From Eledone cirrhosa (lineage: Eukaryota), in assembly GCA_964016885.1 (NCBI GenBank), contig OZ024740.1:103044001-103108000 (forward strand): a stretch of 64,000 nt of DNA, given 5' to 3'. Position 1 is the first letter of the stretch. Every line of letters starts with the position of its first letter. A program made the translations under genes and the position numbers. Of this stretch, positions 28,547-40,520 are shown one piece after another. The notes under the pieces are model-generated. The model had not been told where the DNA came from. It ran no database searches and was given only the letters and a program-made list of their open reading frames with translations.

Positions 28547-29476
28547 AATAGACGCTAAAACACGTGCGCGCGTGCGAATGTTCTTTTGTGCACGCGTAGA
28601 GAGAGAGTGAGAGTGAAAGAAAGAGACAGACTACAAGAGGGGGATAGCGGGAGGGAGAGAGGGGGGAATTGAGGAGTGCTACAGAAACATATATACATTT
28701 CTGTGTGTGTGTAATATATATATATACACACACAGAAATATATATATATACACACAGAAATATATATACATTTCTGTGTGTGTAATATATATATATATAT
28801 ATATACACACAGAAATATATATACATTTCTGTGTGTGTAATATATATATATACTAGCAGAAAACCACACGATAGGCGGTTTTCTGCTAGTCTATATATAT
28901 AAAACTGAGGATGTCTGTGTGTGTGTGAGTTTGAATCCCTAAAACTATAGAAGCACCCAACCTACTGTTTTCAAACTTTACACATGTAATACTTATGTTT
29001 CAGGGGGTGTTCTGAACAAAAGAAATTTCAAATTTTCAATGCCCTAGGGACCGCATTAGGCGATTTAGCGATCTCTCTCTATAATTCTTAGTCTTTCTCT
29101 TTTTAGATAGATACATACATATAACGTCGCGCCCTTATAATATCTGTCTGTATGTCTGTCTGTCTGCATTACGTCACTTCCTACAATTCGCTCTGCGTCC
29201 AGAACGCGCCCTTATAATATCTGTCTGTATGTCTGGCTGTCTGCTGCCTCCGGTTATTCGGCCACCGTTGCTCAAGACAAATCTCACACTCATTCCCCAA
29301 CAGTTGGTAAGTGCACACAACTTCTTCCTCACGTTTTAAGCCAAAGTGTTGCTTACTTACGTACCACCAGACCCTTACTTCTTTGCCAGCCATGGTTGTG
29401 GCAATACTAAGCTTAGCTAAGGCGGTTATATATTTCACAATACCTTATCCCGTGCAACGCCGGGTACCACTGCTAG
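28336..29476 (+). mobile_element. Second composite non-autonomous Helitron (unit A 28336-28889 + unit B 28890-29476)
   Basis: Same A 5' end, same internal hairpin+CTAG|TC junction and same terminal hairpin+CTAG|T as 11234-12774. Confidence 0.88.
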
Positions 29477-29499
29477 TGTATCTATAAATATAAAGTGTA

Positions 29500-29836
29500 A
29501 AGGGTAAAGACCCCGTGAGTTACAAATAACCATGAGATTTTCACTTAGAAGTTCCCCTCCAAGGCACAAGTCTGGGCAAGGTTGTTTGTGGAAGACCGGC
29601 AGTCGCCCCTGCATATCAATCTACCCTCCCCACACCACCGATGTTGTCCAAGGGAAAAATGAGGGCAGACAGATTAGCACCAGTGACGTCGCAACTCAAT
29701 TCTACGGTTGAGTAAACAGGAGAACTTGAAGTAAAGTGTCATGCTCAAGAACACACCGCATCACCCAGTCCGAGAATCAAACTCCCAACTTTCCGATTGC
29801 AAGCCCAACGCTCTAACCACTAAGCCATGCACCTTC
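29500..29836 (-). mobile_element. tRNA-derived SINE, second family (copies 40612-40925 +, 41655-41820 -, 52810-53025 -)
   Basis: A-box TGGCTTAGTGG, degenerate B-box, then GTGTTCTTGAGCATGACACTTTACTTC core. Confidence 0.8.
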
Positions 29837-30722
29837 ACATCTATAAATATACACACACATATATTGGATGTACTCTATATTTTACACCATCAGTCCGTGT
29901 ACTTGAATAGCTGGACCAGGTTCCTGCTTCTTGAACGATCGTTCATGGAAGACACATGTTTTATCTACATTGAAATTTAGTCCCATGCTCTCATATGTAC
30001 CAGTGAAAAGTATAAGTAGTTTTTAATTTTGCTAAAGTTGCACTAACTGTGACATTTATATATTGAAGTTAAATTATTGATGTAATTATGCTTTATGCAC
30101 AGAGCCTGCCAAGGTTGAATAACTTTCCATCTGTGCAATATGATATGATGCCAGGTGGATGTTTGCTCATAGCGAGCTTAAGTATAGCTGAAAGAAAGAC
30201 GGAAAATAGCATAGTGGAAAGTAAGAGTCAGTACCTTACACCAATTCTCAATTCAAACTGATCTGTTATGGAAAACTAGTATTACATTTCGACGTTCATG
30301 TTTTTGTAAAGAAGCCACATGATTGTAATAAATGTTTTTAGGTACCTAAGTTTGGCACTTTCTACCAAGTTTATAATTTACAGAATAAAATTCAATAGTG
30401 AAGGGGGAGTCATGTACAATAGTTTTTGTTGATCTTGTAGCTGACTGGAACAGATCTTAGTAATAGTGTCTTTGAAAAGTAAATCATTGTAGATCACTTC
30501 CAATTCCTTATTAATTAGGAGATCCGAGACAGGATAAAATGCACTGCACTAGTGTAACCATTGGTTATCTGATAAGATAAAGAGTATGAAGATGATGAAC
30601 AGAGACAAACAAACAATATTATAGCGTGGGACAAACAAACAATATTATGGCATATGTCCTCTCACACATATGACTCTGAAATCTGGACATGTTAGAGGTG
30701 ACACTTTCATAAGCTGGAAATA

Positions 30723-30907
30723 CGAGAGTCAGCTGAGAAGTTTATAGGCTGACCAAGATACTCTCATGATATGACTTGATGAGGTTTATATTTCAACATA
30801 GTCCCTGGAAAGAAACAGTGCAATTATAAATAAGAAGACTTGAAATTAACACATGCAAAATTTCACAGCACTAGCATCACTCCTATGAATTTTTTAGCTG
30901 ATCCTCG
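30723..30907. mobile_element. mariner-type MITE
   Basis: TA|CGAGAGTCAGCTGAGAAGTTTATAGG ... CCTATGAATTTTTTAGCTGATCCTCG|TA. Confidence 0.85.
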
Positions 30908-31051
30908 TATGCCAGCTCTACTTGTCATGTGTAATTAGATTTTTATTTATATTCAGAATTATTCCTGCTTGAGCATTCTTACAACTGGCATGGAATACTA
31001 AAACAAAATATAACCACTTATGATATATATGTATATGTTTTATTGTATGCA

Positions 31052-31146
<95 letters not shown>

Positions 31147-31149
<3 letters not shown>

Positions 31150-31625
31150 CGATAACAAGTTATCGTGAAAGGTAATCCAGTTAGAGGTTGTGAATACTCC
31201 GTATTGTGGATAGTTTTAGCGTACGGCGTTGTTTGACTCAACAAGAGGTTTCTTTAGGTAGCGAGTATATGCCTTCTCGGGAGTTCCTATGAAGTTAATC
31301 TTGGAGTAATAATAGTGAAAGATTGAAGAATAACATGGTCAACAGTACAAGAAGGGTTTTATACACAGTATTAACAATTGTTTCATTGGTTAAGTTGTCT
31401 TAAAATTACTAATCACTTGAAGTTGTGTCACTCAATTTTAAATACGATGTATGCTAACCAAATCATCAGAAATGATTGGTTAGCATACATCGTATTTAAG
31501 ATTGAGTGACTCAACTTCAAGTGATTAGCAATTTTAAGACAACTTAACCAATGAAACAATTGTTAATACTGTGTATAAAACCCTTCTTGTACTCTTGACC
31601 ATGTTATTCTTCACCCTTTCACTAT
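31147..31625 (-). mobile_element. pLTR-like unit with a ~150-bp-arm fold-back (31312-31625) centred on an HHR core
   Basis: Minus strand CUGAUGA-uUUGGUU..AACCAAu-GAAA-CAAUUG-UU-AAUAC (31368-31471); flanked by (TA)n. Confidence 0.75.
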
Positions 31626-31639
31626 ATATATATATATAT

Positions 31640-32905
31640 ATTGCGCTTTCTTCAAACCCACCGACTCCCATTTCTACCTCGACTTCATCTCCTCCCACCC
31701 TACACACACCAAACACTCCATTCCTTACTCCCAACTCCTCCGGATCCACCGCCTCAGCAGCCGAGATGCTGGCTTTGAGACCCAGGCTCTTTCTCTGGTC
31801 AGCCATTTCACCCGGAGAGTTTACCCCGACTCCCTCGTCGACGCCGCCCTCGCCCGCGCAGTCCACCGCTCCACCGCCCTCACTCCACGCCCCCACCCAC
31901 CGTCTCCCCTTCCCCCTCACCTACCACCCCACAAACCTACCCCTCCAACGAACCATGCTCTGCCTCTTCCGACGTCTCCAGTCCGACCCCCCCGTCTTCC
32001 CATCCCCACCCTCCCCTCCTTCAAACACGCTCGTAACCTCCGCCACCTCATCGTCCGCAGCCCCCTCCCCCCGCGGTTCCCTTCCTTGCTCCAGACCCCA
32101 CTGCCACACCTGCCCCCACATTAAAAACACCACCATCTTCCAGGGTCCCAACGGGCTCTCTCTCTCTCTCTCTCTCTCTCTTTGTCCGGCATGCCTTCCG
32201 CTGCACCTCTTCCAACCTCGTCTATGGACTTTGCTGTACGGGTGCAGTGCGACCTACGTCGGACAGACCGGACGTCGCCTGGCGGATCGGTTCACGGAGC
32301 TCCTCCGAGACATTCGCCTCGGTGGGAGTTCCCGCATCGGCCGCTACTTTGGTTCCGCTGGACACTCCGCCAGCAACCGCACCTCCACACACACATACAT
32401 TCCTACACACCTGCTACTACCTATGACACTGACTACTCTTTGACTCCTCTTCTCCCTCTCTCCACACTTCGCCCTGCCCTTTCCACCCCCTGCCTTGACC
32501 TTCTTGACCACTTCCTGTTGCGCGCACCCCACAACTTCCTCCTCGCCAATTCCACGGATCGTACGAGATAATATCCGGATTTTCACCATCCGTCCACACA
32601 CTCACCGAGAAACGATTCAGGAACACACACACACAAACACTTACACTATTTTCGTACACACGCAACCATACATTCCCCTGTATCCACACCACACAAAAAC
32701 ACACTCACACACGTGCGTGTGCTCACATACACCCACTCTGCCTCCGGACTCATCACGCTCCCTCTCCCCCACCCCTTCCGACCCCTCTTCATCCACATGC
32801 ACACCCGCACAGACTTACACCCCACCCCACGTACACACTGGTTTTCCTAACACCCGAGCATGGAACCTCGTTCTCTCCCAAACTCTCACACTCACATTCA
32901 CTGCG
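31640..32905 (+). mobile_element. PLE (Poseidon/Neptune-like) thumb-linker-GIY-YIG fragment and C/A-rich 3' region
   Basis: RLPFPLTYHP..FRRLQSDP..PCSRPHCHTCPHI..CSATYVGQTGRRLADRFTE..RYFGSAGHS. Confidence 0.85.
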
Positions 32906-33437
32906 AGATGAAAAACAAAGCCCGTCAAAGGGCGGAGGAACTCAGGAGAGTCAACCGCCATCCAATAAAGTTTATTTTTTTGTGGAGTGAGAGACTCATA
33001 GTCTTCATTAAGACATCTCTCTAGGAGAAGGTCACTCTGATATAAAACCTGCGACTTCATTTGCATCCAATGATGTTGACCAAATCTACTTTTTAGGCAA
33101 ATGCATTCGATGTTCAGAGAGTGGGATTAACCCTGTGCAAAGCCTTTCCTCACTTAAAAGAGCTTCAAACTCAGACATCGCTTGATATGTGACATTTTTT
33201 GTGATGCATGGTATTACTAGCCATAGGCAAGTTCTTAGTAGAATTAAAAAGCCACTTCCGTAATGTTCATGCTTAAGTATCAAGCGATGGCATTACTCAA
33301 AATCAAGTTGCAGCCCTCACGTATGTGTAGCAAAACCATACCTTTCCTGTTACAACAACACATATCAATATTATTATTCTTGTTGATATTCCTATTATTA
33401 TTATTCTGCTATATTGGTGGCCTCTGTTGATATAAAT

Positions 33438-33582
33438 AATTGTTTCTACTTTTGGCACAAGGCCAGCAATTACGCAGTACATTACTGGTACTTTATTTTA
33501 TCGACCTCGTAAAGATGAAAGGCAAAGTTAACCTTGGCGGGATTTGAACTCAGATCATAAAAGGGCGTAACTCTATGCTTCA
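33438..33582 (-). mobile_element. Deu/Nin-like SINE fragment
   Basis: Same core as 24465-24580. Confidence 0.75.
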
Positions 33583-33649
33583 AAATGTATGTATGTATAG
33601 AAAGAGCGGGGAGTAGAGAGAAGGATATGTATATATGTATGCATGTATC

Positions 33650-35660
33650 TGTAGCAGTTGTCTCCCTTGTTGTGACTCACAACCCCAATAGATTAACAAC
33701 ATCTAGACGGGAAGTAGAACCCTTTCTGTAACTTCCGGTCAGAACCCTATAAAACTAACAACTTTAAGTTCTCACTCTCTCATTTGCCCTTCCGGCGCCT
33801 GGCCTTAGCCAGGCGTCTTCTGCCAGCCTGCGTTTGCCTGGCAATCAAAACGGTAACTACTAACTTTGCTTCATTCTTTCGTTTATTCATTGACATGTCA
33901 ACTATACTGTTAAATTGTTGATTAAATATTATACACACAAACCATGTCTCCTTGTTACATTCATACACCGCTAGTTCTACTCTATATTGGTAACCCTGAC
34001 GTGATACGAACACGCAGCCGTTCATCGCTATAAGTGGTCACCCCGAAAAAAGAAAAAAATAGCAGAATCTGGTGTTGTGTGAGTAACATTACGAATACAC
34101 AGCAAATTTATTGACAAACTATGAAAATACTCAGTCAAAGAAACGAACACACCACGCACATGTGAAATTTTCGCACAGACAGACTTTTTCTCTCACGCAT
34201 CAACTAACTGTCGCATTTCACGATATATATATATGTTTCTCGTTTCTTACAACGAACACTTTCAAAACAAAAAAAAAAAAAAGAAATTTGATATTCTTTA
34301 AAAAACATTTCAACAGGAACATTTATTTTCGATGAACCATTGCCTTTTTTTTCATCGTTTTCTTCATCGTTCAAGTTTTTTTTTCCAAAGTTCACACCAA
34401 TAATTATGCTAAGTGAAGCCTTTCTTTTTCATCATTGTCACTTTCACACTTGCACTATCATTTTCTCGCGCGTTAGAAATATTATTTTTTCAACCTAACT
34501 TAACCTTGTATTGGCACGTGTAGGCAGCACAAATTCTCGACTCACAGAGATATCTCGACTCACATAGATATCTCGACTCACAGAGATAGCCGCACGTCAG
34601 AGATAACGTTTCTCGCCAAGGATTCTTCAGCCTTAAGCTATATTCTCCTATTTGCCGGTTTAAAAATTTACCACGTAAATTTGCCGTTGAAAACTGCGCA
34701 TTTATTCAGAATGCTTATTTCTTTGGTCGCTGGCCTCTTGACCCTTCCAGGTCAACGCATTCTCAACATCTACCATCAACTTCGGCTGTTATTTCTAGCA
34801 CTTTTGCGCAACTCATTTTTTCCGAAAAAAAATTTTTTTTAACTGTGAATTTAAACACCGAATACGCTCACTCAGCGAGACAACAACATCAACAGCAACA
34901 CAGCTTCACCAACAACCAAAACCAGCAGAACAAGCCAGAGAATTTATTTTTGCAGCACTCTTCCTGTGAGAAAATCCATTCGGAGGTTGGAAATTTCACG
35001 ATATACCACAGAACAGAAACCACCTGCATTCATTCTCTGGAACACACTTTCTTTCCTGCTGTCATGTGATTGCACACCTGTGAACTATATTTTGTACATT
35101 TGAACTTTGAGCTCTTCTCTTACGTTATTACATTGTATCTTTGGGTGATGGATAGATAGATGTCCAGTCGTTCTCTGGCCAAGAGCGGTTGGCTACCTTG
35201 ACATCTATCATTGATTTTTGCAAACATTCTTTTGTCGTAATTTTCATGCCTGTTACAACATTCTCGCCAACTTGCTACATATTTCATTCGATTTTTATAT
35301 TCTAAAATTCTGGCGGGGTGTTATGTAGCAGTTGTCTCCCTTATTGTGACTCACAACCCCAATAGATTAACAACATCTAGACGGGAAGTAGAACCCTTTC
35401 TGTAACTTCCGGTCAGAACCCTATAAAACTAACAACTTTAAGTTCTCACTCTCTCATTTGCCCTTCCGGCGCCTGGCCTTAGCCAGGCGTCTTCTGCCAG
35501 CCTGCGTTTGCCTGGCAATCAAAACGGTAGCTACTAACTTTGCTTCATTCTTTCGTTTATTCATTGACATGTCAACTATACTGTTAAATTGTTGATTAAA
35601 TATTATACACACAAACCATGTCTCCTTGTTACATTCATACACCGCTAGTTCAACGCTATA
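33650..35660 (+). mobile_element. Non-autonomous LTR retroelement (LTRs 33650-33986 and 35324-35660), tRNA-Trp primed
   Basis: Two near-identical 337-bp direct repeats TGTAGC..CTATA; 4-bp TSD TATC; PBS from 33988; purine-rich GGCGGGG before the 3' LTR; no coding ORF inside. Confidence 0.93.
33988..34046 (+). promoter_or_regulatory. Tandem primer-binding sites complementary to the tRNA-Trp 3' end
   Basis: TGGTAACCCTGACGTGATACGAACACGCAGCC (33988-34019) and TGGTCACCCCGA (34035-34046). Confidence 0.85.
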
Positions 35661-36529
35661 TATCTATGTATGTATTTATTGTTAAAGAAGACCTGCGTAG
35701 CTAAAACCAGATCGAATGTGAAGCAAAAAAGGGGGTATATAAGACGAAGAAAAACGAACAGTCTCTTCTCCTCAGTCATCCTCTGGAAATCCTCATAGCC
35801 TTGGAGCATTAATGTTGTGATGATGCATTCCAGTCCACACGGGGTGGTAACAACAAAACGGAGACATAGGACGAATTACATAAACAACTACAACAATAAC
35901 AACAACAGTATAAAACAATGTGCTTCAAGTGAAAAGGAAGTGATGAAAACTTGATACGCAATAGCTTAGACAAGAAGAGAAATAATTTATTTCTATCTAA
36001 GAACCATGTATTATTCATATATTCATCAATAATAGATCAACTCAAAAGTCACAACTAAATATCATATATCAACTAATATGTTTTTTGTCTTGACATTATT
36101 ATTCAGTTGTTTGACCAACTTTATAACAATCCAGTTAATCTACACAGACAAGCACACACAACACACACATACAGGCGCACGAACTCATATGCATAACACT
36201 CACATACACACACACAACACAACATAACACAATACACATACACAACACACTCACACACGTACACCCACACACAACATATCACAACACACACACACAACAC
36301 AACATATACACAAACACATTTAGTTGTGTACTACGCAGTTGAAGTGTACAATGAAGTTCAGTATGTAACTATATATCCTGAGACTGTGTAAACGAGTATA
36401 TAAATTTACACAGTTTTTATCTATAGACATGTAAACATGTCCAAAATACGTATTTCCGGGCTAACACCTTTAATCAATTTTCGGACCTAGTTGGATCTTC
36501 AAGAGAAGGTATGTATAGCATCTAAACAA

Positions 36530-37370
36530 TAATGGTTTCTTATTTAGGCACAAGGCCAGCAATTTTGGTGGAGGGGGAAAGTCGATTAATCGACACCAGT
36601 TCGTTACTGATACTTTATTTTATCGACCCCGTAAGGATGAAAAGCAAAGAAAACCTCGGCGGGATTTGAACTAAGAATGTAAAGGGCCGTAAATCTATGC
36701 CGCGAAGCATGGTGTCCGACACTCTACCGATTCTGCCAAGTCACCACCCTCTATCATCTAAACAATAATTGTTTCTACTTTAGTCACAAGGCCAGCAATT
36801 TGAAGGGGAGGAGGAAGTCGATTAAATACACCCCAGTTACTGGCACTTTATTTTATCGACCCCATAAGGATGAAAGGCGAAGCTAACCTGGGCGGGATTT
36901 GAACTCAATACGTAAAGGGATGTAACTCTATGCTGTAAAGCACGGTGTCTGATGCTTTATACCATAATAATAAGAATTCGTTCTTACATTGGCACAATTC
37001 GGGAGAAAGGAAAATAGATTAATGGAGCCCAGAATTTAACCGACACTGTATTTGGCACAAGGTCAGCAATTTGAAGGGAAGCGGGAAGTCCAGTAAATAT
37101 ACCCCAGTGTATTACTGGTACTTTATTTTATCGATCTCGTAAGGATGAAAAGCAAAGCTAACCTCAGCGGGATTTGAACCCAGAACGTAAAGGGCCGTAA
37201 CTTTATGCCACGAAGCATGCTGTCCGACACTACAGATGCTGTCAATCCACCGCCAGCGATTTTGGGTAGTAGTATGAATAATAACAATAAAAACGGTTTC
37301 TAATTTAGGCACAAGACAAGCAATTTGGTTAACTAGGGGTTGGGTTAAGTCGATCAAATCGACCCTAGTG
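36530..37370 (-). mobile_element. Head-to-tail cluster of Deu/Nin-like SINE copies
   Basis: Three near-complete copies (~36530, ~36770, ~37050) plus partial ones, all on the same strand. Confidence 0.85.
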
Positions 37371-37600
37371 CTCTCCGACAGGTTTGCAGTCGTGCCCTTG
37401 GCAATGGAGACTTCTGGTGTCCTTGGCCCTAGGACTACCTCCTTATTCACCACCATGGGCGCTGAGCTGGCCAGCTGCAGGTGTGAGCCTCGCGAGATGG
37501 AATGGTTCTTCCAGCGCATCGCCCTTACCATCCTCCGGGGAAACGCCTTCTCCGTTCTGTCCGCCGGGGCTGTGGGACCCCATTTGCTTCCTATACAGAG
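37368..37600 (+). mobile_element. CRE-like non-LTR 3' fragment, apparently nested in a SINE
   Basis: FAVVPLAMETSGVLGP..REMEWFFQRIALTILRGNA; SINE core sequence resumes near 37770. Confidence 0.75.
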
Positions 37601-38253
37601 AGAGAGGGAGGGCGAGAGAGATGGAGGCGATGACAGTGGGAGTTCGGTTCTTCCGTATTCGGACACATTGCACCTGTCATGTGGATTATGTGATATTTTT
37701 CTAGAAATCTGTAGCACAACTGACTTTGATAACTAAATAGTTTATTACTTAATGACTGATGTTTAACTTGACTTCATTGATCCAATAAGGCTGAAAGGCA
37801 AATTTGACCTCGATGGGACTTGAACTCAGAAAGTAAGGTATTTTCCCTGACGCTCTAACGAGTTTGTCAACTCGACTGATGTCAACTTAGTCATTCATTC
37901 TTTCGGGTTGTCAATAAAATGAAGTACCAGTTCAGAGGGGTCGATTGGCTGAAACGACTAAAGTGTTGGGCAACACGCCTCGCAATATTGGTTCCAGCTC
38001 TTTGCATTCTGAGTTTTGCAGGGTAGACATAATATATTGCCCAGTGAACCCATCGCTAAAGATGGAGGGAATGGGGGATACAGACCTTCTATTTTTTAAT
38101 GGTGCACCATCAGATTTATAATCTTTATGGCGATATGCTTGTTCCGAAACTCCGCCATAGAATTATTGCAAATTAGAGCGCCCACCTGGAGTGTTGAATG
38201 TTCTGACGTGAAGCCGATCGCCCCAACGCCCACCCTTGAGCACTAAAAGGATC

Positions 38254-38651
38254 TGTAGCGGTTGTCTCCCTTGTTTTGATTAGGATCTAGACGGGAAGTA
38301 GAACCCTTTCTGCAACTTCCGGTCAGAACCCTATAAAACTAACAACTTTAAGCTCCCTTTCTCTCATTGCCTTTTCGGCACCTGGTCAAGAGCCTCACAT
38401 TTGGCTCTGCCATTAATTTGGCCAACAGGCGCCTGGCCTTAGCCAGGCGTCCTCTGCCAGCCGCGTTTGCCTGGCAATCAAAACGGTAACTACTAACTTT
38501 GTTTCATTCTAACATCTATCTTTGACATGTCAAGTATACTATCTACCATTGTTAATTAAATATTATACACACAAACCACGTCTCGTTTTGTTACATTCAT
38601 ACAACCCAGTATCCTCGCTATATTGGTAACCACCTCAGTAATCTCGCTATA
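38254..38651 (+). mobile_element. Solo LTR of the 33650 family with an extended 3' end
   Basis: TGTAGC..CGCTATA; 4-bp TSD GATC; homologous throughout to 33650-33986. Confidence 0.9.
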
Positions 38652-40319
38652 GATCTATAGCCCGATTTAACAAAACTACCTAGCCCTTTGATTCCTTCAG
38701 CGAGAGACCACTCACTTTCCCTCTATCTGTTCATCTTAACAGTAGGGCCCAAGTTGTCGACCTTCTCGTGGTGGGCTCTGGAAACTGATCACTGATCTCT
38801 GATCTCGATCAGGTGAACGACAACAACCTGAGACAGCAACAGCCTTATACGCAAGAAGGAAACCCTAACAGTCTCGGAAGCTCTGAAAAAAGACCATGGA
38901 CTTTTCTCACCGATTAAAAGTTTAAAATAAAATAAAAAAATCTAGACAATTTCAATAAAAAAGCGAATATTTTGTTCAATGTTTGTTTTCATTTTCACTT
39001 CTTTATCTGATCTCACGCATTTGCATCAATTGGAGACGGTTGCTTTCGACAGGACCCGCTGGAAGGCGTGCTTCAGGACACAGCCCCCGACGACCTTCTC
39101 AGGAATAAGTGGACGAAAAAGAAGACTTATTCATCTAATATGTATGAAGTAGCTACATGACATTTAGTCATTTAAATGATGAAATATTCTACTGTGTATA
39201 TCTGTGCTACAGACACGCTCTCGTACGTTAGTGACAGTTCTTACAACTTATATTCTACGTACACAATTGTCACCCAAGTATCCAAATACATGGACCTGAC
39301 TGCCTGCTTCCTCGCCGTGTCCTTTGTATCCCGCCTGAGGAAGGAGAGCATTGAGGTGGAGTAATGCAGCAGGTTCCGTTGCCTATTCTCCACCCCAATT
39401 CATTCGCTATCTTGGGTCATATTTAAGCTATGTAGATGGTCAGCAACTGATGAAGGTTGAAAGTGTCACATTCTCGGCAACCCTGCCTAGATATCAAACT
39501 TACTGTACTTTCGTACATTTTAATTTCATCGGAGCTATTTGAACGTCCACGTTGGTTTTGTAGTGACTTACATTCCGCGGGCTCACATACATTCTCTGTG
39601 CGTAATTTGGCTCAGCTCAGCCAATCAGCGCCAGCAGAAGAGAATGTATCCCTACGCGCCCTGAGGGAGAAATTCCCCGCAAGGATTTGAACAATCAGCC
39701 TCTCGCATCCTGAACTTCGAAGGAATAACATGTAACAGTGAGATTTTGCACTTTGGCCTGCCTCGGGCCTGGCACATTCCTTTTGTAACCTTCTTTAGGT
39801 TGAACTACAATCATACAATTTAACAAAACATTACTTTGTGCCACAACAAATAAACATACTTTTCATCTCACGAACATTCTTCTTGTTGACGTTGTTATCA
39901 AGTTACTCGTTTGTCGATACGACTAACACATCTTTCTACCAAACTGATTACTGGTGGCGTTATAACAATTACATTATTTCCTCTAACAACTTCGTTACTA
40001 CATTAAAACACCCTTATCAACTGCTAAAGTTTTATTAGTTTACGTAAATAAATTGACACGGCCTAAACATGTATCTATTTACCTTTGTACAAGGGAAATA
40101 ACTTTAAATTCAAACCTTGCAGAGTTACGTCCCTTAAATTGCAATGTTATGATTAACTGTTGAGGAAGGTGTAGGCGTTACCAACATACACTTTTACGAC
40201 CCTGAAACCTTAAACTAATATTTCTTTTTATATTATTTCACCTTCTGAATATTCTATTATGAAGGGGAGGTATCTTATATTATCTGCATCCTTGTTACCA
40301 TTGGGAAAGCATCAGTCTT

Positions 40320-40520
40320 GTTGTTTGAGCGCCGGACAAAATGTTTTATAGTATTTGCTCCAGCTATTTGCGTTCTGAGTTCAAATCCCGCCCAAGTCAT
40401 CTTTTCCTTTCATCATTAGGGAGTCGATAAAATAAAGTACCTTCTAAGTACTGGCGTTGGTATAATTGATTTTCCTCTTCCCCCAAATTACTGGTCTTGT
40501 GCCTAAATTAGAAACCGTTA
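40320..40520 (+). mobile_element. Deu/Nin-like SINE (another copy 43350-43490 +)
   Basis: GAGTTCAAATCCC B-box plus GTCGATAAAATAAAGTACC core. Confidence 0.75.

Noticed and set aside
29880-30265. Small minus-strand exons (DQFELRIGV.., DKTCVFHERSF..)
   Set aside because: Plausible AG/GT sites, but no recognisable protein or consistent gene model.
39445-39475. HHR-like CTGATGA-AGGTT-GAAA
   Set aside because: No U-H cleavage site after the putative stem III and no stem I.
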